A stretch of DNA of 42,185 nucleotides from an uncultured bacterium (GCA_963978095.1 CAXBQP010000027.1:1-42185), one strand, 5' to 3'. Positions 29,339-39,390 are shown, counted from the stretch's first letter. Program-made: numbers and translations. Notes: generated by a model from the sequence alone, not told the origin.

Positions 29339-30366
29339 TGCACGAACGACCGGTTGCGTCTGCTCGCGCCACGGCGGTGACCGTGGTTCTCACGTTGATG
29401 TGCGCCATCGGGAGTGCCGCCCGGGCCGGCGCGCAGGCGCAGCCCGTCCCGGTGACATCGGCCAAGCCCGGGTGGCAATGGAGTTTCGACAGCGCGCAGA
29501 CGGTCGTGAACGCGGTCCGCGCCGGGCGCGATCTGTCGCCGGCGACATGGCCGGGTGGAGCGAAGGCGGCCGTGTTGTTGTCGTTCGACGTCGACAACGA
29601 AACCGTTGCGCTCCGCTACGGGGAGCCGACCGTGGGCGCATTGTCCGAAGCGCAGTACGGCGCGCGCGTGGGGCTCCAGCGCATCGTTTCCTTGCTCGAC
29701 CGGTACCACCTGCCGGCCACCTTCTTCGTGCCGAGCGTGAGTTTGCGCCTGACACCGACGATGGCCGATGTCATCAAGAAGAGTGGCCGGCACGAGTTCG
29801 CGGTCCACGGATGGATTCACGAGCTCAACACCACGTTGCCGGATTCCGTGGAGCGGCGGCTGCTGCGGCAGGCGATCGCGGAACTGACGCAGCTCACCGG
29901 TACGAAGCCGGTGGGATATCGCGCGCCGAGCTGGAATTTCTCGCCGAACACGCTGTCGATCGTCCGCGAGCTGGGATTCCGCTACGAGAGCTCGTTGATG
30001 GCCGATGATCGTCCGTACGAACTGTTGCAGCGCGGCGCGCCGACGGGGATGGTGGAGATTCCCGTGCAGTGGATCCTCGATGATGCGCCGCTGTTCGACC
30101 CGCGTGGCCAACGCTACGCCTCACCGCGCGAGATCGCCCAGGTCTGGATCGACGAGTTCGACAAAGCGCTGGCCGAGCATTCGATGGTGGTGTTGACGCT
30201 GCATCCGCACATCAGCGGGCATCGGTCGCGGATCGTGGCGCTGGAGCTGTTCCTGGCGCACATCCGGAAGCTGCCGAAGGGGACGGTGTGGTTCGGCACG
30301 CACGCGCAGGCGGCGGACTACGTGCGTGCCGGCGCCAAGCTGGGCGACCCGTCCGGTGGTCGCTGA
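29335..30366 (+). CDS. Polysaccharide deacetylase (CE4, PuuE/HpPgdA-like) with N-terminal signal peptide
   Basis: ATGA overlap with FMO; WPGGAKAAVLLSFDVD, HEFAVHGWIHE, GYRAPSW, LHPHISG. Confidence 0.85.
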   Translation: MMHERPVASARATAVTVVLTLMCAIGSAARAGAQAQPVPVTSAKPGWQWSFDSAQTVVNAVRAGRDLSPATWPGGAKAAVLLSFDVDNETVALRYGEPTVGALSEAQYGARVGLQRIVSLLDRYHLPATFFVPSVSLRLTPTMADVIKKSGRHEFAVHGWIHELNTTLPDSVERRLLRQAIAELTQLTGTKPVGYRAPSWNFSPNTLSIVRELGFRYESSLMADDRPYELLQRGAPTGMVEIPVQWILDDAPLFDPRGQRYASPREIAQVWIDEFDKALAEHSMVVLTLHPHISGHRSRIVALELFLAHIRKLPKGTVWFGTHAQAADYVRAGAKLGDPSGGR

Positions 30367-30423
30367 CTCAGGTATTTAGCGTCACTAACAAGCCATCAAA
30401 ACGACAATAAAGCGCCATTTCCA

Positions 30424-31905
30424 CTATGGTGCTTTCACTGACGGGCGCGGGTATGCGGATTCGAGCGCCTTCAGGTACTCGGCGAACAGTGCCTTTGTCG
30501 TCTCCAGTTCGCGCTTGACCGCCGCGCGATACTCGGCGCGCGTCGCGAAGTCGTAGAGCAGGGCCGCCATCGCCTGCGCGTCCACCACGAACCCGTCGTG
30601 GCCGATCGCGCTCAGGGCGTCGGCCTCCATCTCATACGTGTGGAACCCGCCGCTCGAGGTGTACGCCGAGAAGCCGGTGCCGGGGATGTCGCGTGAGACC
30701 GTGCCGGTTTCCTCGAAGCCCTGCGGCTTGCCGCGTTCTTCCTGGACATGCGTCCCGCCGAACTTCCTGATGTACGCGAAGGCCACCTCGTTCAGCGTGG
30801 ATTCGGCGATGCCGTCGCGCATGCTGCCGTAGGGCTCGATCTTCACCTGCGTGCCGGTGGCGAGCGCGGCGGCGCGGGCGGCGTTGTCGACCATCTCGCG
30901 CACTTGCGCGAGGTAGACTTGGTCCGGATAGCGGATGTAGAAATCGGCCACGGCGAGGTCCGGCACCACGTTCGGCGCCTTCCCGCCTTCCGTGATGATG
31001 CCCTGGATGCGCGTCTCGGGGCGCATGTTGCGCCGCATCGCGTCGACGTTGTTGAACAGGTGGATCACGGCGGTGAGTGCGTCGCGCCCTTCCCACGGCG
31101 TCATCTGATGCGCGGGCGCGCCGGAGAACGTGTACTTCACGCCGTCGATGTTCAGGCAGCAGGAGCCGAATCCGGAGGCAGCCCGCTGGCTCGCCGTGCT
31201 CGAATGCGAGCGCACGATGATGTCGGCGCCGTCGAACACATGGGCCTCGTGCATGACGGTCTTGGCCGGTGGCGGCATCATCTCTTCGGCGGGGGTGCCG
31301 TAGATCGTGACCGTTCCCGGCGTCTTCGTGCGCGTCAGGAACTCGGCCACTGCGATCCCGGCGGCCATGCCCGTCGGGCCCTGCGCACTGTGCTGGTCGC
31401 CATGGAAGTTCCCCTTGGTCCCGCGGAGGGCGTCGTATTCCACGATGATCCCCAGATTCGGTCCGGGCGTGCCGTTGTGGTACTTGGCCACGAAGGCTGT
31501 CGAAAGGCCGCCGACCCCCATCGTGATGTCGAAGCCGTGCCGCTTAAGGTATTCGGTGAGGGTGAGCACCGAGCGCGTTTCGGTGAAGCCGATCTCCGGA
31601 TGCCTGGTGATGTCGTCGGCCATCGCGAGGAGTTCGGTATCCATGAGCTGCTTGGCGCGGGCCGCGATCGCGTCACGCACCGGGTTCGCCGCGGTGAGTT
31701 GGCTCACCAGTGCGGGGACGCCGAGCGACTGCTGGAGCGCCCCCATCTTCCGGACGACCTCGGCGGCGGCGGCACGCTCGGCAGGAGTCTCCTGCGCACC
31801 GAGCGTCGCGCGGGTGAGTAGCAGGAGGGCGAGCAGCGGAAGGGCGAGCAGCGCGAGGGCGCGCAGCACCCTCACGGCGCGGCCGGTGAGCGAAGAACGG
31901 ATCAT
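30424..31905 (-). CDS. Exported M20-family amidohydrolase (ACY1L2/AbgB-like)
   Basis: HPEIGFTE, EYDAL, GTPAEE, AH...PWEGRDAL, GGKAPNVVPD; signal peptide; GGAG RBS. Confidence 0.85.
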   Translation of the reverse strand: MIRSSLTGRAVRVLRALALLALPLLALLLLTRATLGAQETPAERAAAAEVVRKMGALQQSLGVPALVSQLTAANPVRDAIAARAKQLMDTELLAMADDITRHPEIGFTETRSVLTLTEYLKRHGFDITMGVGGLSTAFVAKYHNGTPGPNLGIIVEYDALRGTKGNFHGDQHSAQGPTGMAAGIAVAEFLTRTKTPGTVTIYGTPAEEMMPPPAKTVMHEAHVFDGADIIVRSHSSTASQRAASGFGSCCLNIDGVKYTFSGAPAHQMTPWEGRDALTAVIHLFNNVDAMRRNMRPETRIQGIITEGGKAPNVVPDLAVADFYIRYPDQVYLAQVREMVDNAARAAALATGTQVKIEPYGSMRDGIAESTLNEVAFAYIRKFGGTHVQEERGKPQGFEETGTVSRDIPGTGFSAYTSSGGFHTYEMEADALSAIGHDGFVVDAQAMAALLYDFATRAEYRAAVKRELETTKALFAEYLKALESAYPRPSVKAP

Positions 31906-32016
31906 CGTGAAGCTCCGGAGCGGGGGTCGCGTGAAAAGTGTTCGCGGTGAGAGTGGAGGGGAACCTCCCGGTCCGTCGTGCTTGCGACGGTGCGACCCGC
32001 GCGGCACGTTTTGGGG

Positions 32017-32907
32017 ATGAAAATATCCGCTCTCTTGCGAGCCGCCCGGCGCATGGCGGTCGGCATCGCGCTCGTCGCCGCCCGCCCGAATCTCGCCCAT
32101 GCCACCTGGTCGGTGATTGCCGTGGACATGGCCACCGGCCGCATCGTGATCGCCTCGGCGACCTGCGTCAACAACAATGATCGCTTTCTGATGGGGGTGC
32201 AGGCGGTGGTCGTGCCCGGGTTCGGCGTGGCGGCGTGTCAGGCCGGCGTCGACGGTACGCATGCCAACCAGATGCTCGTGTTCGAAGAGCTCAAGAAAGG
32301 CACCGATCCCAAGCGCATCATCGAGTTGCTGAGTGCCGATCCCGCGTTCCAGTCGCGGCAGTTCGGCATCGTGGACCTGAAGGGGCGCATGGCTGGGCAC
32401 TCCGGGCTGACCAACGGCTACGTGTCGCAGGACATGCACGGCCAGGTGCCGGGCACGCAGATCTTCTATTCGATCCAGGGGAACATCTTGCGCCCCGGGG
32501 AAGTGATTCCCAATGCGGTCCGCGCCTTCGTGAATACCAAAGGCGCCATCACCGACCGGGTGATGGCCGCGCTGGAGACCGCGGATACCTTCGGAGGCGA
32601 CAGCCGCTGCAGCTGTCCAGCGTTGCCGGACGGTGCGATGCCGGCGATTCCGTGCGAGGGGCGCACGGCGTACGTCGCCTATATCCTGATGGCCGAAACA
32701 GGGGACAAGGCCGGCGAGGGCGCGCTGCGGATGTCGGATTCCACTTGGGCGCACAACAACGGTACGTACCGCATGTACATCACCGTGACACAGCCCGAAC
32801 AGGGTGGGCCGAACGCGATCAAGCCGGGGGAGAATCTGAATCCCGTGAAGACGCTCCGCATGCGCTATGAGGCGTGGCGGAAAGTCCAACCCTCGTCCTT
32901 CAAGTGA
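32017..32907 (+). CDS. DUF1028-family putative Ntn-hydrolase, exported
   Basis: AHA-TWSVIAVD..TG, GVAACQA, RQFGIVD, QGNIL, GGDSRC. Confidence 0.8.
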   Translation: MKISALLRAARRMAVGIALVAARPNLAHATWSVIAVDMATGRIVIASATCVNNNDRFLMGVQAVVVPGFGVAACQAGVDGTHANQMLVFEELKKGTDPKRIIELLSADPAFQSRQFGIVDLKGRMAGHSGLTNGYVSQDMHGQVPGTQIFYSIQGNILRPGEVIPNAVRAFVNTKGAITDRVMAALETADTFGGDSRCSCPALPDGAMPAIPCEGRTAYVAYILMAETGDKAGEGALRMSDSTWAHNNGTYRMYITVTQPEQGGPNAIKPGENLNPVKTLRMRYEAWRKVQPSSFK

Positions 32908-32918
32908 GGCATCCATCC

Positions 32919-33593
32919 ATGACGCGGATCGTGATCGGGATGACACGTGGTATGGTGGCGATGCTGGCGCTGGTGGTCGTGGCGCAGAGTTCCGCGGCGC
33001 GTCTGCAGGCGCAGACGCCGGGCGCGGCCGCCCGCGGCGGTGGCCGCGGCGCCATTCGGATCATGACGCTGACGTCACCCGCGTTTCGTGATGGCGGGAT
33101 GATTCCCGAGCCGCATGCGCAGGCGGGACGCGATGTCTCGCCGCCACTGGCATGGAGCGGCCAGCCGGATTCGGTCGTCAGCTACGTCTTGCTCGTTCAC
33201 GATGCCGACGCGGTGACCGGTGACGGCATCACCGACACGATGCACTGGATGGTCTGGGGGATTCCGGGGTCCGTCACCGCGCTTCCGGAAGGACTGCCGC
33301 AGGGCACGACACTCACGATCCCCGGCGTGTCGGCGAGCGCGAGCGGCGGTCGTGGCGGTGCACCGGTGCGCCAGTTGAGTGTGAGTGGCCCGTACTACCG
33401 AGGCCCGGCGGCGCCCTCCACGGGGCCGGCGCATCACTACGTATTCGACCTGTACGCGCTCGACATCGCCATCACGGTGCAGGCCGCCGGGCAGCAGACG
33501 CTGCCCACACGCGAGGCCGTGATGGAGGCGATGAAGACGCACGTCCGCGCGAAGGGGACGCTCGTCGGCGTGTATCGCCGACCCGCGCCCTGA
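32919..33593 (+). CDS. YbhB/YbcL-family (PEBP/Raf-kinase-inhibitor-like) protein, exported
   Basis: LTSPAF, SPPLAW, HDADA, HWMVWGIP, YRGP, HHYVFDLYALD; start uncertain (32919/32940/32952). Confidence 0.87.
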   Translation: MTRIVIGMTRGMVAMLALVVVAQSSAARLQAQTPGAAARGGGRGAIRIMTLTSPAFRDGGMIPEPHAQAGRDVSPPLAWSGQPDSVVSYVLLVHDADAVTGDGITDTMHWMVWGIPGSVTALPEGLPQGTTLTIPGVSASASGGRGGAPVRQLSVSGPYYRGPAAPSTGPAHHYVFDLYALDIAITVQAAGQQTLPTREAVMEAMKTHVRAKGTLVGVYRRPAP

Positions 33594-33697
33594 TCGCCAT
33601 CATCTCGACGTCGCCCCTCTTTCCACGCCGACCGGCTGGGGCACGACATGCGTCTCGCGACCGTGTCTGGTTGGCAATACCCGCAGGGAACCTCGGC

Positions 33698-36457
33698 ATG
33701 ACTTCGCAACGCTGTTTCGCACGTCTCGCACGGCGGATCGTCCGGCACGCGGTCGGGTTCGCGCTGGCCGCCGCCTCGACGACCGCCCTCACCGCCGCAC
33801 GTGCGGACGCGCAAGTGCTCCCGCCCAACCCGAATGGACCGCAGGCGAACTGGGCGCTGTTCGAGAAGTTCAGCACCGCCAACGCGCGTCTGTTGACCTA
33901 CAGCACGACCATCACCCCGCGGTGGATCGGCCAGACGGATTCGATGTTCTACAGCTGGCGCGATCACACCGGTGAGCACTGGTATCTCGTGAACGCCGCC
34001 ACGCGGAGCAAGAAGCCGCTCTTCGATCAGGCGAAGCTGGCGACGCAACTCACGGCCCTGCGCAAGAAGGCCATCGACGCCTTCGCGCTCAATGACCTGT
34101 TCACGATCATCAACATCACCAAGGATCACAAACATCTGCGGTTCGCGGTGGACAGCACCCGCTACGACTGGAACCTCGCGACGGAGACGCTGACGAGTCT
34201 CGGGTTGTACCGTGGCGCGCAGGACTCGCTGCTGACCAAGGACGAGGAAGTCGATGCCGCGCTTGGCAGCGGTGGTCGTGCCGGGGGCGGCGGTCGTGGT
34301 GGGGCGGCGGCCGGCGGGCGCGGCGCGGCGCCGGATTTCCGCAACTGGGCGCCCGACAGCTCGGCGTTCGTCTTTGCGCGCAACCACAACCTGTATCTGT
34401 GGGAGAAGGCCAAGGGGGATACGGTACAGATCACCCGCGACGGCATCGAAAAATTCAGCTTTGCCGGTGGTGGCGGTCGTGGGGGCCAGCAGGATTCCAC
34501 GCAACAGATGCTCGACGAGACGCTCGATCAGGCCGCCGCCGCCGCGCGGCCATCGCGGCCGGCGCTGATCTGGTCACTCGACTCGAAGGCGTTCCACATC
34601 ACCCGCACGGACAACCGCGGCGTCAAGAACATGTTCCTGGTGCGCTCGCTCACGACGCCGCGTCCGACGCTCATGCAATACGCCTACCCGATGCCTGGCG
34701 AGGACAGCATTCCGAAGCCGGAGCTCTGGACGTACGTGCGCGGTGACAAGGAAGCCAAGAAGGCGCCTCTCGATCGGTGGCGTGATCAACGCATCGTGGC
34801 CTCGGGCCAGGTTGGCGTGACGCAACAGGGGGGACGCGCCGGTGGTGCGGGGGGCGCAGCGGCCGCGGGACCGAACTATTGGATGGGGAAGACCGGCACC
34901 ACGATCCGCGTGGTGCGTCGCGACCGGTTGCAGCGGAACGTCGAGTTCGTGGAGCTGGATGTCGCGACCGGAAAGAGCAAAGTCTTGCTGAGCGATACGA
35001 AGGGGGATTTCGGGTCCCTGGAACTCCAGTCGCCGATCTACGTGAAGTCCGGGGGCGATTTTCTCTGGTTCTCCGAGCGCGACGGTTGGGGGCATTACTA
35101 TCTGTACAGCTACGACGGCACGCTGAAGCGTCAGCTGACCTCCGGGGAGTGGCGCGCCGATGCGATCGTCGGCATCGACAGCATCCGGGGGGTCGCGTAC
35201 ATCCGGGGTCAGGGGCGCGAGCCGGGGGAGAATCTCTACAACACCCATCTGTACCGTGTGAGTCTGGCCGACGGCGCCATCACCTTGATGGATCCGGGCA
35301 ATGCGTCGCACGCGTCCACCCGCTCCGAGAACTTCCGCTGGATCGTCGACCAATCGTCGCGGGTCGACACGGTTCCGCGCGTCCAGCTGCGCGACGGCGC
35401 GACCGGCAAGGTGGTGCTGGATCTCGAGACCGCCGACCTCTCACGTCTGACCGAAGCCGGGTGGAAGTATCCGGAAACCTTTCAGACCCTCGCGGCCGAC
35501 GGCGTCACGAAGATCTTCGGCAACATGTGGAAGCCGTTCGATTTCGACTCCACCAAGAAGTATCCGATCATCGCGAATGTGTATCCGGGTCCGCAGACCG
35601 AGTCGGTCATCGGGACGTTCAACGCCACGGCGGCGCCGCAGCAACTGGCGCAGCTGGGGTTCGTCGTCATCCAGATCGGCAACCGCGGCGGGACGCCGGC
35701 CCGTTCGAGCATGTATCAGGACTTCAGCTATTTCGACATGCGCGACTACGCGCTGGCCGACAAGAAGACCGGTATCGAACAGCTCGCGTCGCGCCACAAA
35801 TGGATCGACCTGGATCGCGTGGGGATCTTCGGTCACTCGGGGGGCGGCTTCCTGACCGCGGCCGCGCTGCTGCTGCCGCCGTACAATGAATTCTTCAAGG
35901 TCGGCGTGAGTGAGTCAGGGAATCACGACAACAACATCTACAACAACAACTGGTCGGAGCAGTACCACGGTCTGAAGTGGGTCGCGGCCTCCGACACGGC
36001 CCGCCTCACCGCCGAGGCGCGCTCGAAAGGCCGTTCGGCGGACTTCGCGGCGGGCGTCGCGATCGCGACGACGGAGTTCGGCGGCGGCCGGGGCACGGGG
36101 ACGGGACGCGGCGGCGTTGGTACGACGGGACGTGGCGGCACGGCGGCCGTCCCCGACAGCGTGTTCTGGATCTACGTTCCCACCAACATCGACATCGCCA
36201 ACAACCTCAAGGGCAAATTGCTTCTCGAGACCGGTGACGAGGACAACAACGTCAGCCCCAGCAACACCATCCGCCTGATCAACGCGCTGATTCAGAGCGG
36301 CAAGCGGTTCGACTTCATGCTCTATCCCGGGCAGCCACACGCCTATGGTCCGATGGCTCCCTATGCGTTCCAGCTGCAGGCGGAATACTTCGCCGAGTTC
36401 CTGCTCGGCGATCGCAGCTTCCGCATGAGCGCGGATTTCAAGAAGCACACGCCCTAG
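33698..36457 (+). CDS. S9B dipeptidyl-peptidase IV-family protein, exported
   Basis: SERDGWGHYYLY propeller; VYPGP; GHSGGG nucleophile elbow; DNNV; GQPH catalytic His. Confidence 0.9.
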   Translation: MTSQRCFARLARRIVRHAVGFALAAASTTALTAARADAQVLPPNPNGPQANWALFEKFSTANARLLTYSTTITPRWIGQTDSMFYSWRDHTGEHWYLVNAATRSKKPLFDQAKLATQLTALRKKAIDAFALNDLFTIINITKDHKHLRFAVDSTRYDWNLATETLTSLGLYRGAQDSLLTKDEEVDAALGSGGRAGGGGRGGAAAGGRGAAPDFRNWAPDSSAFVFARNHNLYLWEKAKGDTVQITRDGIEKFSFAGGGGRGGQQDSTQQMLDETLDQAAAAARPSRPALIWSLDSKAFHITRTDNRGVKNMFLVRSLTTPRPTLMQYAYPMPGEDSIPKPELWTYVRGDKEAKKAPLDRWRDQRIVASGQVGVTQQGGRAGGAGGAAAAGPNYWMGKTGTTIRVVRRDRLQRNVEFVELDVATGKSKVLLSDTKGDFGSLELQSPIYVKSGGDFLWFSERDGWGHYYLYSYDGTLKRQLTSGEWRADAIVGIDSIRGVAYIRGQGREPGENLYNTHLYRVSLADGAITLMDPGNASHASTRSENFRWIVDQSSRVDTVPRVQLRDGATGKVVLDLETADLSRLTEAGWKYPETFQTLAADGVTKIFGNMWKPFDFDSTKKYPIIANVYPGPQTESVIGTFNATAAPQQLAQLGFVVIQIGNRGGTPARSSMYQDFSYFDMRDYALADKKTGIEQLASRHKWIDLDRVGIFGHSGGGFLTAAALLLPPYNEFFKVGVSESGNHDNNIYNNNWSEQYHGLKWVAASDTARLTAEARSKGRSADFAAGVAIATTEFGGGRGTGTGRGGVGTTGRGGTAAVPDSVFWIYVPTNIDIANNLKGKLLLETGDEDNNVSPSNTIRLINALIQSGKRFDFMLYPGQPHAYGPMAPYAFQLQAEYFAEFLLGDRSFRMSADFKKHTP

Positions 36458-36504
36458 GGCTACCACCCCGGACTCCCATCCAGGGCTGTGACTGCTTCCG
36501 ATGC

Positions 36505-36538
36505 CGACAGCGCCGCGTCGAATGACGCGGCGTTGTCG
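36505..36538 (+). terminator. 15-bp GC-rich hairpin after the S9 gene (terminator or mRNA-stabilising stem)
   Basis: cgacagcgccgcgtc-gaat-gacgcggcgttgtcg with one G-U pair; no clear U-tract. Confidence 0.45.
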
Positions 36539-36658
36539 TGTGCACCCCCCGCGCGGGACAGGCGAATCGTCCGCGACGGATAGACGAACGGGATGCAACG
36601 AATCACTATACAGGGGTCAGGAGCACCAGCACGCCCCCCCAGTGCACAGGGAATCGGC

Positions 36659-39301
36659 ATGAGATCACCGTGGTGTGTGTGGCTCGTCGGCGCGCTGCTC
36701 GCCCTGCAGGCGAGCGCATCCGCGCAGCAACCAATAACGGCGGCCGACCGCGCGGCCGCCTGGACGGCGCACCAGACGCTCGCCGGCGAGTCGCCCTACC
36801 GCACGCTTCCGTGGCGTGCCGTCGGCCCGGTGAAAACGGGCGCACGCATCGAGGCGATCGCGATCCCACGCGGCAACACCGGCACGATCTACGCCGGCGT
36901 CGGCACCGGGAACCTCTGGAAAACCGTCAACAACGGCCTCACCTGGACGCCGATCTTCGAACATGAGAGCGCCTTTGCCATCGGCGATGTCGCGGTCGCG
37001 CCGAGCGATCCGAAGACCGTATGGGTCGGCACGGGCGAAGCACAACCACGATTCGCAGGCTACGCCTACGGCGGCAGCGGCGTCTTCAAATCCGTGAACG
37101 GTGGCGCGTCCTGGCGATCCATGGGACTCGCCGAAACGCAGCATATCGCCAAGGTCCTGATCCATCCGTCCGACCCGAATGTCGTGTATGTCGCGGCGAT
37201 GGGGCGACAGTGGACCCCGAATCCGGATCGTGGCGTCTTCCGCACCACCGACGGGGGCGCGCACTGGAAGAAGGTGTTGTTCATTGACGACTCCACCGGC
37301 GTCGTCGACGTGGTCATGGATCCGCGGGATCCGCGGTCGCTCTACGCGTGGGCGTGGCGCATCGAGCAGGGGACTCGCGGCGGCCTGTTCGTCTCGCGTG
37401 ATGGTGGCACCTCGTGGGCCCGCGCCACCGCCGGGCTCCCCACCGGGCCGCTCGGACGCGCGAACATCGACGTGGCGCCGAGCGATCCGCGCGTGCTGTA
37501 TCTGTTCCTCGACAATCGGGCCGCGACGAACGTCACGGGTCGTCCGTATGTCGGCGGCGAAGTGTACCGCTCCGATGATCGCGGCGCCCATTGGCGCAAA
37601 GCGAACACCGACGATCTCTACGACGTCTTCGGTGTCTTCGGTTGGAAGTTCACCGACGTCCGCGTCGATCCGCGCAACCCCAAACACGTCTACATCCTCG
37701 GGAATCGCGCCTTCCAGTCATTCGACGGCGGCGCGACCTGGCGACGGCTCGGCGACAAGATCCTTCGCGTGCACGACACACCGGGGCGCGCCCTGCATCT
37801 CGACCACCACGAACTGGTGATCGATCCCGCGAACCCGGACCGCCTCCTGCTCGGGAACGATGGCGGGCTGTTCCTGTCGTACGATGCCGGCGAGAGTTGG
37901 CTGCATCTCAACAACATCCCCGTCGCGCAGATGTACTTCGTCTCGACGGATGATCACGCGCCCTATCGGATCTTCGCCGGTACGCAGGACGACGCTGCCG
38001 TGTACGGGCCGAGCACCAACTCTCTTGACGATGCGATCCCGGATCAGTGGAAGAGCGTCTACCTCGACCGGTGGACCGGCGGTGACAGCTACGTGACGTT
38101 GCTCGATCCGACCGACGAGCGGATTGTCTATTACGAGCACCAGAACGGCGCGATGATGCGGATGGACATCACGGGCGGCTCGGTGCTCACGAGCGGACCG
38201 TCAACGGTGGACATCCGCCCTCGTGCTCCCCGCGGCGCACCGCCCGTGCGTTTCAGCTGGTATACCCCCTTCTTCATCTCGCCCCATAATCCGCGCACCT
38301 TGTACGCCGCGGGGAATCAGGTGCTCAAGTCCACCGATCGCGGCGACAGCTGGACCGTCGTCAGCCCCGATCTCGGCGAGCCGGCTGGTGGCGATCGCGC
38401 GACCGTGCCCACCGGCGCCTTCACGATGCTCACCGAGTCCCCGCTCGTGCGCGGCATGCTTGCCGGCGGCACGGAAGGGGGACATCTCTGGCTGTCCACG
38501 GACGACGGCGCGAACTGGCGCGCGATCGACAGCGGCCTCCCACGGAAGTGGGTGAGCCGCGTGACCCTCTCGGCGAAGCAGGCGGGCACCATCTACGCGA
38601 GCTTGACCGGATTCCGCGAGGACGACACGCGTCCGTACGTGTATGCGTCCACCGATACGGGTCGCACCTGGCGTTCGATCGCCGCGAATCTCCCGCAGGA
38701 AGCGGTGAATGTGATCAAGGAGGATCCCGCGGATCCCGCCATTCTGTATGTGGGCACCGATCTTGGCGTGTACGTGTCCCGCGATCGTGGCGCCCGATGG
38801 GAATCGCTCAGCGCGTTGCTGCCGACCGTCGCGGTCATGGACCTGACCGTCCAGAACCGCGAGCGCGAGTTGGTGATCGGCACGTATGGCCGCGGCGCGT
38901 GGGTCCTCGATCTGGACCCGATCCGTGACCGCAGCGCGCATCCCACGGGGCTCTTCCTCTATCCGATTCGGTCGGTGAATGCCGATCCCTTTCCCTGGGA
39001 GACGGTACCCGGAAGTCGCCGCGGGCGTCGCACGGTCCGCCTGCAACTCTCCAGCGCCACGTCAGGCACGGCGACCATCACCGTGAGTGATCTGTCCGGA
39101 CGCGAAGTGCGCCGGACCGACGCACCGGTGACGGCCGGGCTCAACACGCTGTTCTGGGATCTGCAGGTGCAGGTTCCAGGCGGCCGGCTCGACGACGCCC
39201 CGACGGGGACATACAGTATCGAAATCCAACTCGGCAACGAGCGGGCCCGTCGCGTTGCCGTGGTGTGGCCGGAAAGCGGGCCCAACACGAAATCGCCATA
39301 A
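36659..39301 (+). CDS. VPS10/BNR (Asp-box) beta-propeller protein, exported
   Basis: Many SxDxGxxW Asp boxes; WRAVGP, VWVGTGE, GNDGG, GTYGRG; FlgD-like C-terminus. Confidence 0.88.
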   Translation: MRSPWCVWLVGALLALQASASAQQPITAADRAAAWTAHQTLAGESPYRTLPWRAVGPVKTGARIEAIAIPRGNTGTIYAGVGTGNLWKTVNNGLTWTPIFEHESAFAIGDVAVAPSDPKTVWVGTGEAQPRFAGYAYGGSGVFKSVNGGASWRSMGLAETQHIAKVLIHPSDPNVVYVAAMGRQWTPNPDRGVFRTTDGGAHWKKVLFIDDSTGVVDVVMDPRDPRSLYAWAWRIEQGTRGGLFVSRDGGTSWARATAGLPTGPLGRANIDVAPSDPRVLYLFLDNRAATNVTGRPYVGGEVYRSDDRGAHWRKANTDDLYDVFGVFGWKFTDVRVDPRNPKHVYILGNRAFQSFDGGATWRRLGDKILRVHDTPGRALHLDHHELVIDPANPDRLLLGNDGGLFLSYDAGESWLHLNNIPVAQMYFVSTDDHAPYRIFAGTQDDAAVYGPSTNSLDDAIPDQWKSVYLDRWTGGDSYVTLLDPTDERIVYYEHQNGAMMRMDITGGSVLTSGPSTVDIRPRAPRGAPPVRFSWYTPFFISPHNPRTLYAAGNQVLKSTDRGDSWTVVSPDLGEPAGGDRATVPTGAFTMLTESPLVRGMLAGGTEGGHLWLSTDDGANWRAIDSGLPRKWVSRVTLSAKQAGTIYASLTGFREDDTRPYVYASTDTGRTWRSIAANLPQEAVNVIKEDPADPAILYVGTDLGVYVSRDRGARWESLSALLPTVAVMDLTVQNRERELVIGTYGRGAWVLDLDPIRDRSAHPTGLFLYPIRSVNADPFPWETVPGSRRGRRTVRLQLSSATSGTATITVSDLSGREVRRTDAPVTAGLNTLFWDLQVQVPGGRLDDAPTGTYSIEIQLGNERARRVAVVWPESGPNTKSP

Positions 39302-39390
39302 CTCCGACGGCAGCCGTCGGCCAACGTCGTCCCTTGTTGTGCCGTACTTTGCAGTGGCGGTCTTCCTCTCCATCCCCCTTGGAGCCATTC

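Noticed and set aside
30367..30423. Short AT-rich gap between convergent genes
   Set aside because: No hairpin, repeat or ORF; too short to interpret
31906..32946. Upstream extension of the 840-aa minus-strand M20 ORF
   Set aside because: Antisense to the DUF1028 gene; RBS and signal peptide support a start at 31905
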